NCBI RefSeq assembly: GCF_018350175.1
Contig: NC_058383.1
Location: 25,236,001 to 25,300,000 of the forward strand
From: Felis catus
Lineage: Eukaryota
Reading direction: 5' to 3'
DNA: 64,000 bases
Shown here: one piece after another, positions 49,502-63,093 of the stretch
Layout: every line of letters begins with the position of its first letter
How positions within the stretch are numbered: the first letter of the stretch is position 1
Program-made: the position numbers and the translations under genes
Notes under the pieces: model-generated
What the model saw: only the letters and a program-made list of their open reading frames with translations
What the model was told of the DNA's origin: nothing
Databases searched by the model: none

Positions 49502-50688
49502 GTAAGGCACTGACCCTCACTCTTTGACCCATAACCCTGACATTGATCATATTCACTTCAAGCACAGTTTATGATGTCCTTAGGATGCCGCCTACCTCCT
49601 TCAGGAGCTCTCACTCTTACCATCATTCATTCTGCAGATATTTGCTGATCATAGATTAATGTTCAGCACGCACAAGGCAGAAGTAGAATATTTTGTGCCT
49701 GTTAAAGATTATTATCATTAAATAATGTAGCAACATGAAATAATGTTAATTAAATATGCTAAGGAACAAAAAGAACACCATGGTTTCATTAATCTTGGGG
49801 AAGAAAGGAATTAAGCAACTAATTATATCAATCATTACTCACAAGTGACATGAATGCAATGTGGGAGAAGCAAAGGGCACTGAGAGCTCAGGGAGCAAGG
49901 GCCCCTGACCTAGCTTTGGTGGGTTGGGGATGGTGGGAGCAGGAAGGCTTCCCTGCAGATGTGGGATCTAAGCCACGATCAGCTTTGATTGGATAAGCAC
50001 ATCAAATTCACTAGAAAGAGAACCAAATAGCAATTTGGGTGGGGGACCATTTGGGAAGAGGCTTTCATCTGTTGTGTCACTACTGTCTCACTATGCCCAG
50101 AATGGTGCCCTGCAGAATGGATTCCTCAGCATTTCTAGACTCGATGGGGGACTTTCTGAGGGTGTCAGAACTCCAGGGTGCCCTTCCTATCCCCTCATTG
50201 CCTCCTGGGCTCACAGAGGAGCAGGATTAGGACTAGAGATTTTTTAGTTCAAGGTTTTCAGACTGTATTGTGTTGGGGCCCCAAGTTTCATAAGAAATTA
50301 AAATTAAAGTCGTTTCTATTTTAAAATGGATGTTTCACTGGTGACTGTGGGTGGAGACAGGAAATCTGCTGCTAAAAATGGTGAATCCACAGGTCTTGTC
50401 CCATTGTACAGTGGGGAAGACAGAGGTGTAAACTTGCAGTTACTCTCTGAGTGAAGGAAATATGAATGATCTGTGAGGTGGGGAGAAATGGTGGAGATCC
50501 TGGAGACACACTCGTGTACTTGCCAAGTTTAGTGCCTAGGGGATACTCAATGCTCAACTTAAGTGGGTGACTGAATAGTTCCTTTAGGGATCAGAGATGT
50601 GCCTTTGCCTTCATAGCCTCAAGCAAGTGCAGGGCTAGATTTATCTTGTTCTCACTGACGGAAATTCTCTTGGCTTTCCTTTTCTCAG

Positions 50689-50934
50689 TTCTCTGAACAT
50701 CAGTGTGGACGGGGCAGGAGAGTTCACTGTCAGGATGGCCCTGTTCCAAGACCCGAACTACACATCTCCTTACGAAGGGGCTGCAGTTGTGCTGGCTGTT
50801 GAATCTATGCTCTATGTGGGTGCCATCTTGGAGAGAGGGGACACCTCCCGGTTTAACCTGTTGTTGAGGAACTGCTATGCCACACCCACCAAAGACAAGA
50901 ACGACCCTGTAAAATATTTCATTATCAGAAACAG
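50689..50934 (+). CDS. GP2: GP2 exon 7 (ZP-C)
   Basis: ttctcag acceptor, AG/gtgacg donor, 246 nt, same size as UMOD exon 7. Confidence 0.95.
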
Positions 50935-51809
50935 GTGACGAGCAACTCTGGGTTATCTTTTGGCCTGAATAAGATTTGGGGGGAAAGTGATCACTTTGGC
51001 CCTACCTGACAGTTGTGTTAATTGGCTTACGTCTTTTGGAAGATAATTGGGTGTTACAGATCATGACCATCCCCTTTGACCCAGGAATATCAATATCACT
51101 CCTGAAATTTTAGCCTAAAGCATTAATACAAAATAGGACAAGGTTAAGAAATGCCAATTATTTTTCAGTTCAGTATCCTTTATAACTTTGGATATAGGTT
51201 AATAATTCAAAAATAGGGACTTATTAAGTAATGATGGACTATTATATAGGTATTAACACTGACTAATCAACATGAAAACACCAATGACAAGTGTTATGGG
51301 ACAAAGTATCATAGAAATTATTACCTGGAAAAAGCAAAGGGAAAATGCATACCCTATATCATGATTCAAACCATACTAGCTAATACTTATTGAGTTTAGC
51401 TATGTGCTAAGCAGTGTACATGGACTGTGTCACTAAATGCTCACATCAACCCCAGGGGGTATGGATTATTGTCTCTGCTCTACAGATAGGAAAAGTGAGG
51501 CCCAGACAGGTTAAGTCATTTGCTCATGATCACTTAGTTAGAAAGTGGGTCTAGCTGGAATTGAAAGCAGTCTATCTCACTTCAGAGACTGTACCCTGCA
51601 GAACTGAAACCACACGCGCTGATGGATAAACATCTTGGAGGAAACCCAGAGGAATAAAAGTCTATGTCAGGATTGACGGGGGGAAACAGGGAACTCTTTA
51701 ATTCTCTTTGATGATGTTTTTATACTGGATACAGATTACAGATACAGCCAAGGGCCTCAGGTCCCCTGAATTGCTCTAGAATGTAGACCCTCACCCTGTC
51801 ACCCTCCAG

Positions 51810-51972
51810 CTGTCCAAATCAACGTGATTCCACCATCCATGTGGAGGAGAATGGGGTGTCCTCAGAAAGTCGGTTCTCAGTTCAGATGTTCATGTTTGCT
51901 GGAAATTATGACCTAGTTTTTCTGCATTGTGAGATTCATCTCTGCGATTCCCTTAATGAACAGTGCCAGCCG
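51810..51972 (+). CDS. GP2: GP2 exon 8 ([34 protein letters not shown]...QCQP)
   Basis: ctccag acceptor, CCG/gtgagt donor, 163 nt, same size as UMOD exon 8. Confidence 0.95.
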
Positions 51973-52822
51973 GTGAGTATCACTTTAGAGTGAACTATTC
52001 AGAGCTTGACAGGGGGCCTAATACCTAGTAGGCTCTCCGTATGGATTTATTGGATTTATGAATGGATGGAAAGAAGGAAGGGAGGGAGGGGAAGAGAGAA
52101 GGAAGAGAAGAAAGAAAGAAGGATGAATGGATGGACATTCAGCCTCCAAAAAGCCCATGTGTAGGCAATTATTGTGTCCCTGGAAAGCAGAACAGATGAA
52201 GGAGCCTGTTGATGAGGTTTCCTTGGCACAAGACATATTTTGAATGATTTCATAACTGACTTTTTTAGTGCTTACTCCTTGTCAGGAATTACACTAAAAC
52301 TTTCATATGCCTTGTCTAGTTTAATTCTCATAACAGCCCTTCACATAGATTCTTTATTGACCTCATTGTACAGTGAGGAACCTGAGCTTCAGGTCTTTTG
52401 CCCAAGGGCAACACAGCTAGGAAGCATCAGAGCTGGGACGTACCTCCATTGTCCATGCTTTTAACCCCGATTTGGCAGTGCCTGCTAGTAGTTGGCATTT
52501 GGTGAGTGCTTTCTATGTGTCTCTGTGTTGTAGACACACTCATCTTAATCTTCACAACCAGGAAGGTATATTTAATAGTAGTAGGGAGGTGAAGTCATTA
52601 GTCCCAAATTAGAAAACTAAAGGAAGTAGAGATGAGATTCAAACTTGGGTTTGTGTGACATCACAGTGAGGATTCTCTAGACTAAGAAAACCACAGCCTC
52701 AGAGTTAGGGCCATAGGGTGGGTGGGGTCCCATCCTTGGGCCAGATATGCCCATTGCAGGGGCAGCCTGGATAGCAACTGTGCCTTTAAATGTTGGTATA
52801 ATGAGATTTCTCCATCCCACAG

Positions 52823-52907
52823 TCTTGCTCAAGAAGTCACCTCCGTAGCAAAGTAGTGGCTATTAACCCAGCCCAGGTTCTAGATTTGGGACCCATCACT
52901 CGGAAAG
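52823..52907 (+). CDS. GP2: GP2 exon 9 (SCSRSHLRSKVVAINPAQVLDLGPITRK)
   Basis: ccacag acceptor, G/gtaagt donor, 85 nt. Confidence 0.93.
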
Positions 52908-54147
52908 GTAAGTGGCCAACTTCTGGCGGGAAGGCCAGCTGGTCAAGTGCTGACAGTTAACCACAGATAACTGGCGTCACCATCATAACAACCTAGAGCC
53001 TTTTTAGCCTCTTCACTGCAGCCCCTCCCCACCAGTGAATCTATCTTTACATAAGGTCATTGGTAATAATAATAGCACTTGCCACTTGTGCTGGGCCTCC
53101 TGTGTGCTAGAGACCAGGCTAAGCTCTCAGTATCCATATTCTAACTTCATCCTCCTGACTGCATCCATTTTATAGGCGAGAAATCAGAGCTCAGAGAGAT
53201 TAAGTGGCTCACCCCAAATCATTCAGCTCATGAGCAGCAGGAGTTAGAACTGTACCCAGCTCAGACTGATTCCAAGGCTGTGTCCTTTCCCTTTTTCCTC
53301 CTGCCAGGTCCTCTTACCTCAGCCCCTTTTGGGTGAAGTCTAAGTCCTAACCCAACTTTGTTTTCTGGTGAATGACTATGTTTTTAAAATTCCAGTTATA
53401 ATATTCTGGGGCATGATGTAGGGGAAGCTTTTCAAATGCTCCACAAATTTTCACCCATCCTACCCATGGGTTAGCAGTACTGTTATGGTTTTTATTACCC
53501 CTGGAAAGGAGGAGTCAAAAAACCTAGAAGAGTGAAAGCAATTTTTTTTTGTCCTAAAAAAATTAGGACACAGTAATGTTAATAACAACAACAACAGTAA
53601 TAATAATAACACACGTGGCAGGCACCAGGCAAAACATTTATATGCATTGTCACATGGAATGCTCACAGCAACTTAAGGAGGTAACCACTATTACCACTTC
53701 CATTCTCCAGGTGAATAAACTGAGGCTATCTTGTAAAGAAGGCTCTGCCTTGAACTGTCCTGCCTCTTTACTGAGGCCTCAACTTGAAAAGCTTCATGTG
53801 GTACCACAGCGTAGTTGGAAGGTTAGGAGCTTTCATTTTGGAATCAGATAGACTAGAGTTCAAATCCCAGCTTTGCTACCTACAACAAGGTCAACTTGGC
53901 CTTGGGCAACTGAGCCTCAGTCTTCTCATCTATGGAATGGGGATACAATCCCTCTGCTGGAAGAATTAAGTTTCAAATGCATGAAATGTGCTTAGAAAGG
54001 GAACTGCTAAACAACAGATGTCTCAACAATGTGGGCTGTTGATGGCTGTGGTGACCAGGTCCAGAAGAACTTGGAGCAGCTACAGCCACAGTGCCACAGT
54101 CCCTGGCACATGACTGAGGAAACCTTCACCTCTGCTCTTGTCCCCAG

Positions 54148-54192
54148 GTGCTCCATCTCTTGGTGTCACGAATGGAACCCCCAGCACTGCAG
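54148..54192 (+). CDS. GP2: GP2 exon 10 (GAPSLGVTNGTPSTA)
   Basis: ccccag acceptor, G/gtacat donor, 45 nt. Confidence 0.88.
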
Positions 54193-56858
54193 GTACATCG
54201 TTTTCTCCTATCTCCCTGCCCTCCCTCCCAACACTCTCTCCCCCCTCTTCAATTCGGTGCACATTGAGTTAGCCTGTGCTGACAACTGTGGACATGGAAA
54301 TGAATCAGTCCCACGTCTGGCTCGCAGTGTAGCACAGGGGCCAGTAGTTTAACAGCAAGTATGTATCACAATACCTGGTACCTGCCTACCATGTGCCAGG
54401 TGTTGTTTTACATGCTGAAGATATAATAATGAACAGGACAGGCCAGGTGCCTGCCCTCATGGAGCTTATATTACAGTGTGGGAAAAGGCAATAAAAAGTT
54501 AGCGAGATAATTAAGAAAAGAGGGTGATGTGATAGAAAGTTACCAGCACGGGTAACAGCGTCTTAAATAAGATAGTTGTTTATGTTACTCACATGTAAAT
54601 GAAGTCTAGATGCAAGCAATCCAGGACTAGCAGAGTGGCACCACAAGGTCATGAAGAATCCAAGTTCTTTTCAGCTCACCCCTCCACATTCTTCATCCTC
54701 ATGGTCCAAGATGGCAACCAGAGCTCCAATCATCATCTAGTCAGCAGGATGGAGGGAATATAGAAGAAATCACTGAGTGTTAAGGAACATTCCTGGAAGC
54801 TGGCACCTTATACTTCCACTTATATTTCACTGGCCACTGCTTAGTCACACCTAGTTGCACAGGAAGCTGGGAAATGTAATCTTCATGCTGGGTAGCCGTG
54901 TCCCTAACCAATGGTTAATGGTTCTATTAATAAGGCAGGAAGGAAAAATAAATACCAGAATAGGTAAATGGACAAAAAAATGTCCACAGAAGGTGATATT
55001 TGAACCAAATAAAAAAAGAAGCCAGGTTTATAAATAATAAAGGAACAGCTCTATAGGCAGAATGAACAACTGCAAAAATGAGACAGTCAATAAGCAAATA
55101 AATCACAAACAAGTAGTGCAGAAGGAGAACAAAGAAGAGTAAATTAACTGCATTAGATAAGGTCAGGCAAGAATTTCAGCAGGTGGCAACATCTGAATGG
55201 GGTTTTTGTGGATGAACTGCAGTTCAACAGGGAGACCAATCCAAGAAATGTATTTTGGGCCAAAGGGAAAGCAACGCTATTAAGATTTTACTGCCCCGCC
55301 CTTCCCCAACACACAAATGACCTATATTGGTGAACCCAGACATGAAAAAGTTCTTTCTACCCTTAATTACCCAGCTAGGTAACAGTCTAAAAGTTTCCAG
55401 ATAAGCTCAAGACAGCTTGCTTAATGCTAATATTCAGACAACATTCAGAAAAGTAGTGCTCATCAGAGAGAGGGGTTGAAGCTCAGGCTAAAGGCAGCTT
55501 GAGAGCAGACCTCAAGTCTCATTCATTTCTTCCAGTACTTCAGGTAAGCACAGTGCCTGGAGCAACCTGGCTTCCCAGCAGAGTCTGCCAGACTGACTAA
55601 TTTCTAGGGTGGGCAATGGGTTCTGGAGCCTCCTGGAAGAGGAAGGGATCAATCTTATGCGGTATGAGACTGCCACAAGAGGGCACTTATGGCATTCATT
55701 GTTTGCTATCTCCCACAAACATTTCAGATGTTTTAGAATTAATTGAACTTCAGCCTGTTTCATAATTGCAAACTGGTTGTCATACACTAATATTTCTGAA
55801 AATTGTGATATTCTTCACCACCCTCCCTTCTAGGACATTAGCAAGTTACTTTGAAATTTGTGGGATGGGGAGAGGTTATAATCTTGTGGTGGGAAGGGGT
55901 ACACATGCCTCTCCCAGGCCCCCCCAGTATAAGGCAACTATCATCTAGGATCCATGCCTTTCATTAACACTGAGTGTATGGTAACTTTCAGAGGAGATAT
56001 GACCCCAACCTTCCCACATCTTAGGGTTTAATTTTCAAAACCAGTACTTATACGGTGTTTACCATGTATCAGGCACTGTTCTAAATGCTTGATGTGAATT
56101 TACTCACTTTAACCTTAAAAAATCCCATGAGGTAATAGCTGCTAGTGATATTTCTGTTGTGCATACAGATGAACTCAGGCATGGAGAGACTCAGGAACTG
56201 GGCCTGCACAATTAGTTGTAGAGCTAGGATTCCAAGCTAAATAGTCAGGCCTCAGAGGCTTTGTAACCTCTGTTGTCTTTCTACTTCTTTAGTATTAGAG
56301 TAAATAATGTTAGCTGCTGTGACAATCCTCAACTTACTGTGCCTTTACACAATAGTTTATTTCCTACTAGATCACTGGGGGGGATACAGTTCTGTGCTTT
56401 GCAATCATTAGGAACTCAGGCTCTTACCTTCTGGTAACTTCTGGCAACTCCACTATCCCCAGCAAGTCCTCTGCTGGAGTCTTGGCTTCTGGTGCCTGGA
56501 TGTGGATGAGAGAACATATAAAATCATGTAGGAGGTTTTAAGGACCACGCCTAGAAACAGCATATATGATTTTTACCCATATTCCACTGGCCAGATTCAA
56601 TCACATGGTCCCACCTTCCTGAAAAGGAGGATGTAAGTAAAATGCCTTCCAATGTGCCCAAAGGAATATGAAAAAGTGATGATTTGATAGCTTTGCCTCT
56701 ACCATATGACCCCTTTGCCATTTTCCAGGGGCTATAACCTAGAACAGATATTAATATACTTTGTCTTGTCCTTGTAAGGCAGAGGATAGAGAGGAAAGCT
56801 TGCTTTGGCTGTTGAGCTCCAAAGCCAACACTTGACAGGCATCTCTCTTCCATTTCAG

Positions 56859-56917
56859 GGTTCCTGGTGGCCTGGCCCATGCTTCTCCTGCCTGTCCTTC
56901 TGGCTGGGCTGTTCTGA
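56859..56917 (+). CDS. GP2: GP2 exon 11: GPI signal and stop (GFLVAWPMLLLPVLLAGLF*)
   Basis: atttcag acceptor, TGA ending at 56917; coding exons sum to 1539 nt = 512 aa. Confidence 0.93.
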
Positions 56918-59900
56918 GACCTCAGCTGGGCATGTGGCCTTAAAGCTCGTGTTCTTCCCTCTGGCGATGGCTTCCAGTTACCTTTTGGCTACGCTGGTTC
57001 TCTCTCTGAATCACATAGACAGTCTTGGTGTTCACACACTCCAGGACAGGCTAGATTTTGGGAGACAGAAGAGTTTTTCCTTGTTCAACACTCTCTGTGC
57101 CTTTATATTCCTCTTTTTCTCACAGTGGGGGCTCTGTTGGCCTGGCCTGGCCTGACTTCCTCATTTATTAGCAGGATCTCAAGGCCAGACTTGCTACATG
57201 CCTCTGTGGCTCCAGCCTTCACTAGAAATGTAGCATGTCTATAACTCCAGGGAAGATGGGCTGTGTCACTGGGGGGAAGAGGAGGGGGATGGGTTTGTAA
57301 AGAAGGCACTTCCCCACAGTTCCTTCCCAAGTACCCCTTGTTTTTACTGCTGATGAATTGAACAGACTGATCCTTGCTTTCACCCGTGTCCTCTGATATA
57401 TTTCCATCATGATCTCAACAGTCGCCATGGGAATAATTGTAAAGGGTCCACTTTTGGAGACTCTACTCCAGAGAAGACTGGGTCCCATTGCTCCTCTGTC
57501 CCCCACCATGCCGTAGACATGCTTTGACGTGCCTAGGGCTAAGCAAAAACCTACCCTGGGACCCAAATGCTGGAGGGATTTCTTGGTTTGGATGCAGAGA
57601 TGCTGTCACCCCAGAGTACAACTCTAGCTCTGAATAGTGGTGTGCTTATGAAGTCCCAGCAGTCCCCACGGTGTCGACCCTGCCATGGGGATATAGCAGC
57701 AGTACCTGGGGGATGAGTGAAGTCCCTTTCTTGAGACCTCTAATGGGCTCTCACAAAACACTCCACAAAGATACCACAAACAGAGAAGGCTTCCCTTTCC
57801 TGCAGCTACACACAGGGCCCCTCCAAGTTGGCCTCAGGGAAAAATGATCAGATCAGGGCCAAGCCACGGGCAGGGTGGGGTGGAGTGGAGCCTGTTTATC
57901 AGCCAGGAGAAGACTTTCCAAAGTGCTCTCAAGTTCAGAGGTAGTGTGTTTGCAAGAAATAGAAACCCAATCCAATCAAATCAGGCAAAAGGAGAATCAA
58001 TTATAAGGATACAAGAGCAAAAAGTCCAAGAACAGAAGATACAACCTGGCTATATGAGAAAAACCACCAGAAACCAAAGTTTGTCTTTCCATCTGTCATT
58101 CTTCCTGAAACCACACAGCCTTTACATCTTTGGGTGTCTCTTTTATTCCCTCCTGTCCTGAAACTAGCTTTTCCTGTTCATTTACCATGTCTGAATTAAA
58201 TATGGACATTGCAGCTTCACCTCCCTTACTAATTCAGGGACCACAGAGACCAACTAGCACTTGGTACCCTACATCCAAATTGCACCAGCGGTAATGTGAT
58301 TTCCCTGTTTCAGTCAGAGTGCTTCCCTTGGTCCAAACATCTGAGGCCAGGTGAGTGGTCTTATCTAATGCAAACATAGCCAAGGGGGCTGACAAGAAGG
58401 GGCAGGTCTCAAACACAGGGCAGTGTTTCTTGGACTGACATCTCAAAAGGATGTTACTACTATAATAGTGGCTTCTTTAAAGGGGAATTTCTTGGGAGGA
58501 ATTGCTTCTGTTTCCCGGTAATTCAGAGAATTCATAGGTACTACATTTCAAGGGAGGAGGTGCACTGAGAATGCACCTGAAAGAGAGGTCAGGAGGTCCT
58601 AACCTTTTCCTTTCTCTGAGGCTCATCTTCTTCCTTCTGTAGAATAAAAGGGCTGGGCTAGAACAAGATTCTCTAACATTTAGAGTGGAACTCTTTCTTT
58701 AAATACAAATCTACATGAGCATCCAATAGGCAGACATTAAATGCTAATAGACTCTTGTTGATGTTAGGTAAGGGGCTTAACTCTCCTGTCTGTGATTCCC
58801 TCTTCCTCTTTGATTCTGGGCCATCAAAGAAACTCCATCATAACCCACAGGGTTACCAAAGACAAAGTTCTGTAACTTCCTGGGACACATCACCTCTAAT
58901 AACTCTTCCAGTGTAAAGTACGTGGGATTCTACTTAACAAAAGTCAACCCTGGCTATTTGTCTATGAATCTAGCTGGCTGGCTAGCTAGCTATCACAAAC
59001 TCTCCTACTCTACCTGCCCCCCATATATCTACCTATATATCTGTCATCTATCTAGCTAGTAACAGCTTTTTGTTTTCCGCAAATGGGTATACTAAATGAA
59101 TAACAATCTCTGAATGTCCAGCCTACTTTATTCATCTGATCAACACTAATCTGCTGAGCAACTGCTATGTCCCAGATCCAAGGGCTTAGGTAAAATAATG
59201 AATGAAACACAGTCCCTGACCTTAGAGGTTCACAATTTGGTGGAACACAAGCACACAAAGAGGCACTCACAGGCAGGTCACACTCAAGCATGCATACGCG
59301 CTGACCCTCAGGTACAGGGCTTATATACCCATACCAACATACACATTCTAACAGGTACACATATCAACCTCAGGTGCCCAAAGACACATTTCCACACATA
59401 GATGAGGGCCCAGTCACTTACATATTTATTGTCATGAATAACTTAGTAACAGTCAATATTTTTAGCACATCCTATGCACCAGGCATTATTCTAAGTGCAT
59501 TATGGACATTTCATCATTCCACCCTCACATTAGATATTGAAGGTAGGTACTATTATCCCTAGTTTAGAGATGAGTTAGGCAAGACTTAAAGAAGGCAATT
59601 ATTCACTCAAGGACCTACAGCTTTTCAATGCTGAATTCAGGGCTTAGGCCTAGGTAGCCAAAACTTGGAGGATATACTTTTAACAGACACTGTATTCTGC
59701 CTCCATTTATACACAAAGCCCCCCTACACACACAGAGGCACTCATTTTCATACATGTACCACCATACATACATGCACCCACTTGTATACAGGCACATGGG
59801 AACACATACATGTGTAGTGACATGTGTGGACATATAATTTGTTAACAGAGGCTCTCACACATACACAGGCTTTGACATTCACAGATGCACAGGTGCTAAC

Positions 59901-59988
59901 ATGCACACTAACCTATGCATGGCCATTTAGATGCTGACACATACACTTTAGTATAGAATAAAACACAGGGACACTCATATCCTATGCT

Positions 59989-60035
59989 ACACACACACAC
60001 AAACACACACACACACACACACACACTCACTCACA
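59989..60035. repeat. (CA)n microsatellite within a CA-rich low-complexity region
   Basis: Interrupted CA run. Confidence 0.9.
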
Positions 60036-62639
60036 GATACATAAACATATACGTATGTTCCTATAAAATACAGGACTTGAATCCCACTCCCCAAGGCCAA
60101 GACTCCACCCATGTCTCCTCTCCCATTTAGCTTTCCTCTCCTCTATCCCCTAGTCCTACCCAGCTGAGCACCAGGACAAGAAGTCCAAACCAGGGGGCAC
60201 AGTGAAAATAGGCTCTGGATCCAGCATCTGGAAGATCTGGACTAGAAGGATGACAGAAACAGTGAGAAAGGACCTGACTCACATTCAGGGAAGGTGGCAT
60301 CTCTGTCCTAGGGGAGCACCTAGAAGCAGCAGGTGGAGGATTCAAAGAGGTAAGGGCAGCCCTGCTCTCCAGAAGCTTCAGGTCTGCTTGGGAAACCAGG
60401 GCATACAAATTCGAGGCAGCCAAAGCTCAGTAGTGTGAGACCAAGATAGACACTGCTGCAAGATGTGGAGAAGGGACAAGAACTCCACTCGGCCTGAGAG
60501 AAGAGGGAAGGATCTGTCCACAGAGTTCCCTGTCTGAGAGAGGAATTAAGTTTCGTCCCATAAAATGCTTTGTATTGTGATTTGTGTTCACAAGGAAAGG
60601 ACGGGTCTGGTTGTATATATTTTATTGCAATGCTGAAACCTAGCTCCAAATTCATTGAGAAGAGCTACAGTTTTAAAGGGCAGAACCCTTAGGCTCTGGG
60701 TCCCAAAATACCCATGCAAGCACTCCCACTCCTCACACTTCACCATGGGAATAGCTGGTTGCTAGAGAAATAAAGGAGATAAAGGATGTGAAGTCACTTT
60801 GCAACACATGAAGCATCACACAGATGATAACATCAGCACTATCATGATTATCGTCATCACCTGCTATTTTTCCCATTGTAATGTATCAAGCTGCTTCTTA
60901 CCTCTCTTCATTTGTCCTCTTACTGCCTAGATGTGACCAAAAGGAGACCATTTCTTAGAATCTTTGTGTTTGCCAGAAACAGGACTCCTCGGAGCAAGTG
61001 GAAGGAACCCATCTCCTTCCTTGGCACATAGAAAAATACTTTATGAACACTTAATATGTATAAACCAGTGCACCAAACATTTTACATTTTTTTATCCAAC
61101 TTAATCCTCACAATAATCCTTTGAGAAAGGTGATGGTGTTCCCACTTCACAAAAGAAAAAACTGAGGCATAGGGGTTTAAGACACTCCTCAATATCATAT
61201 CAATAGCAAATGCCTGTCATCTATTCAGTGCATATAGGTCAGTCAGCACTTCAAATTTCACATTTTATAGATAAAGAAGGTGTGATTAAGGAACACTAGA
61301 TAACTCGCTCAGACACAGTGAGGTGACAGGCTCCAAGACTGGAACTCAGATTTGCTTAAATTTAAAATATATGCTCTTCTTTATGCCACACAGCCTCCCT
61401 GCATGACCAGTGATGTTCTACAATGATGACTGAAAACCTACCTCAGAATCATAGCAAGATCTATGCATGTGTACTTACATGTGTGTGTGCATGTATGCGT
61501 GCATGTGTGTAAGTCTGCGTGTGTGGTGGCAGCCACTAATTAACTGTGGCAAGGCTAAATGATATAAAAACCACTTTTCCTGAGACATCCTCAAGCTCCT
61601 TCCACACGCAACAGGAACTCATAAGAGTCACAGAAACTAGGAGACCCAGAGGAGATTTACAGATGATCTAATCCTACCCCCTTTAATGTCCACAAGAAAA
61701 CTGGTGCCCAGAGTGCACTGAACCAGGAAGTAAGAAATTCCTGCTTCAGTCTGACTTCTGCTGATGTGAGAGTTTAAGAATGCCACTTAACTTCTCTTGG
61801 GCCATCTGTAAATTAAGATAGTAACATCCCCTCCACTACACTTAATGGTCTATGGCCCTGTCATTGACAGGTTGTGGCTGTCAAACCATCTGGCCTCAGC
61901 ACGGCCCTCTTTTATCCAGCCTGAGACTGTCTCAAGGCAGATTCCCATTGATAAACTCAGCCTCAACACCCTCGGATTGCTCAGAACCCAGGAGAGTGCC
62001 TCTCTGGTTCTGAACTGCCAAGCAGGAGGCAGCTCAGAACTCAAGAGATGACTGGGGAGCAAACTCTCCCTCCCTTGTTCCTCAAGCACTTTTCTGAAAA
62101 GCTTGGTGTGCCAGTTCCTTTGTCAGTCTTTTTTTCGCTCTCCAGGAACTCAGTGGAACTGGTAACCTTGTCAAATGTTCCCCTCTGGTTGCAATTTCTC
62201 AGGTGGAAAAGTAGCACTTAGGGCCTTGTCCTCAAAATATTTGTGGCTGTGTTGCTCCTGCTGATGGTAACAGCAATGTGACTGTGATAAAAAAAAAAAA
62301 AAAAGGTAATGTCACTTTGTAGCCACAATAGTGCTTTTACTATATTTTACTGGAGCATAATACACGTATCATGCATTCATGTATATGACTTGATGAAATT
62401 TAACAAAAGGAACACCCCCCTACAACCAGTACCCAGTTAAAGAAATAGAACAGTACCCACTTCCTAAAAAGCCTCCTTCGTGCCGTCCAGTTACAATACC
62501 TTTCAAAGGCAACCACTATCCCAGCTACTAGCACCAAGGAACTTTGTTTTATTTATATACAAATATATATGTGTATATATATACATTTATATTTATATTT
62601 ATAAAAGAGGAATCACATATTAACTTTTTAGCTTGACTT

Positions 62640-62676
62640 CTTTTATTTTTTTAAACTTTTTTAAATGTTTATTTTT

Positions 62677-62732
<56 letters not shown>

Positions 62733-62851
62733 CTGAAGCAGGTTCTGTGCTGACAGCAGAGAGCATGAGGCCAGGCTCAAAGTCACAAACCATGAGATCA
62801 GGATGTAAGCCAAAGTCTAATGCTTAATCTACTGAGCAACCCAGGCACCCC
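62640..62851 (-). mobile_element. CAN-SINE
   Basis: T-rich tail, (GA)n, ending caacccaggcacccc. Confidence 0.85.
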
Positions 62852-62996
62852 TCTTTTTTTTTTGAGAGAGAGAGAGAGAGTGTGTGTGTGTGTGTGTGTG
62901 TGTGTGAGCAGGGTGGTAGGGAGAGGGAGGGAGGGAGGGAGGGAGAGAAAGAGGGAGGGAGAGAGAGAGAGAGGGAGGGAGGGAGGGAGGGAGGGG

Positions 62997-63050
<54 letters not shown>

Positions 63051-63093
63051 ATCAAGCAGGCTCCATGCTCAATTCAGAGCCCAACATGAGTCT
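62852..63093 (-). mobile_element. Truncated CAN-SINE with an expanded (GA)/(GT)/(GGGA) microsatellite
   Basis: Poly-T, long repeat tract, then caagcaggctccatgctc...agagcccaacatg. Confidence 0.7.
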
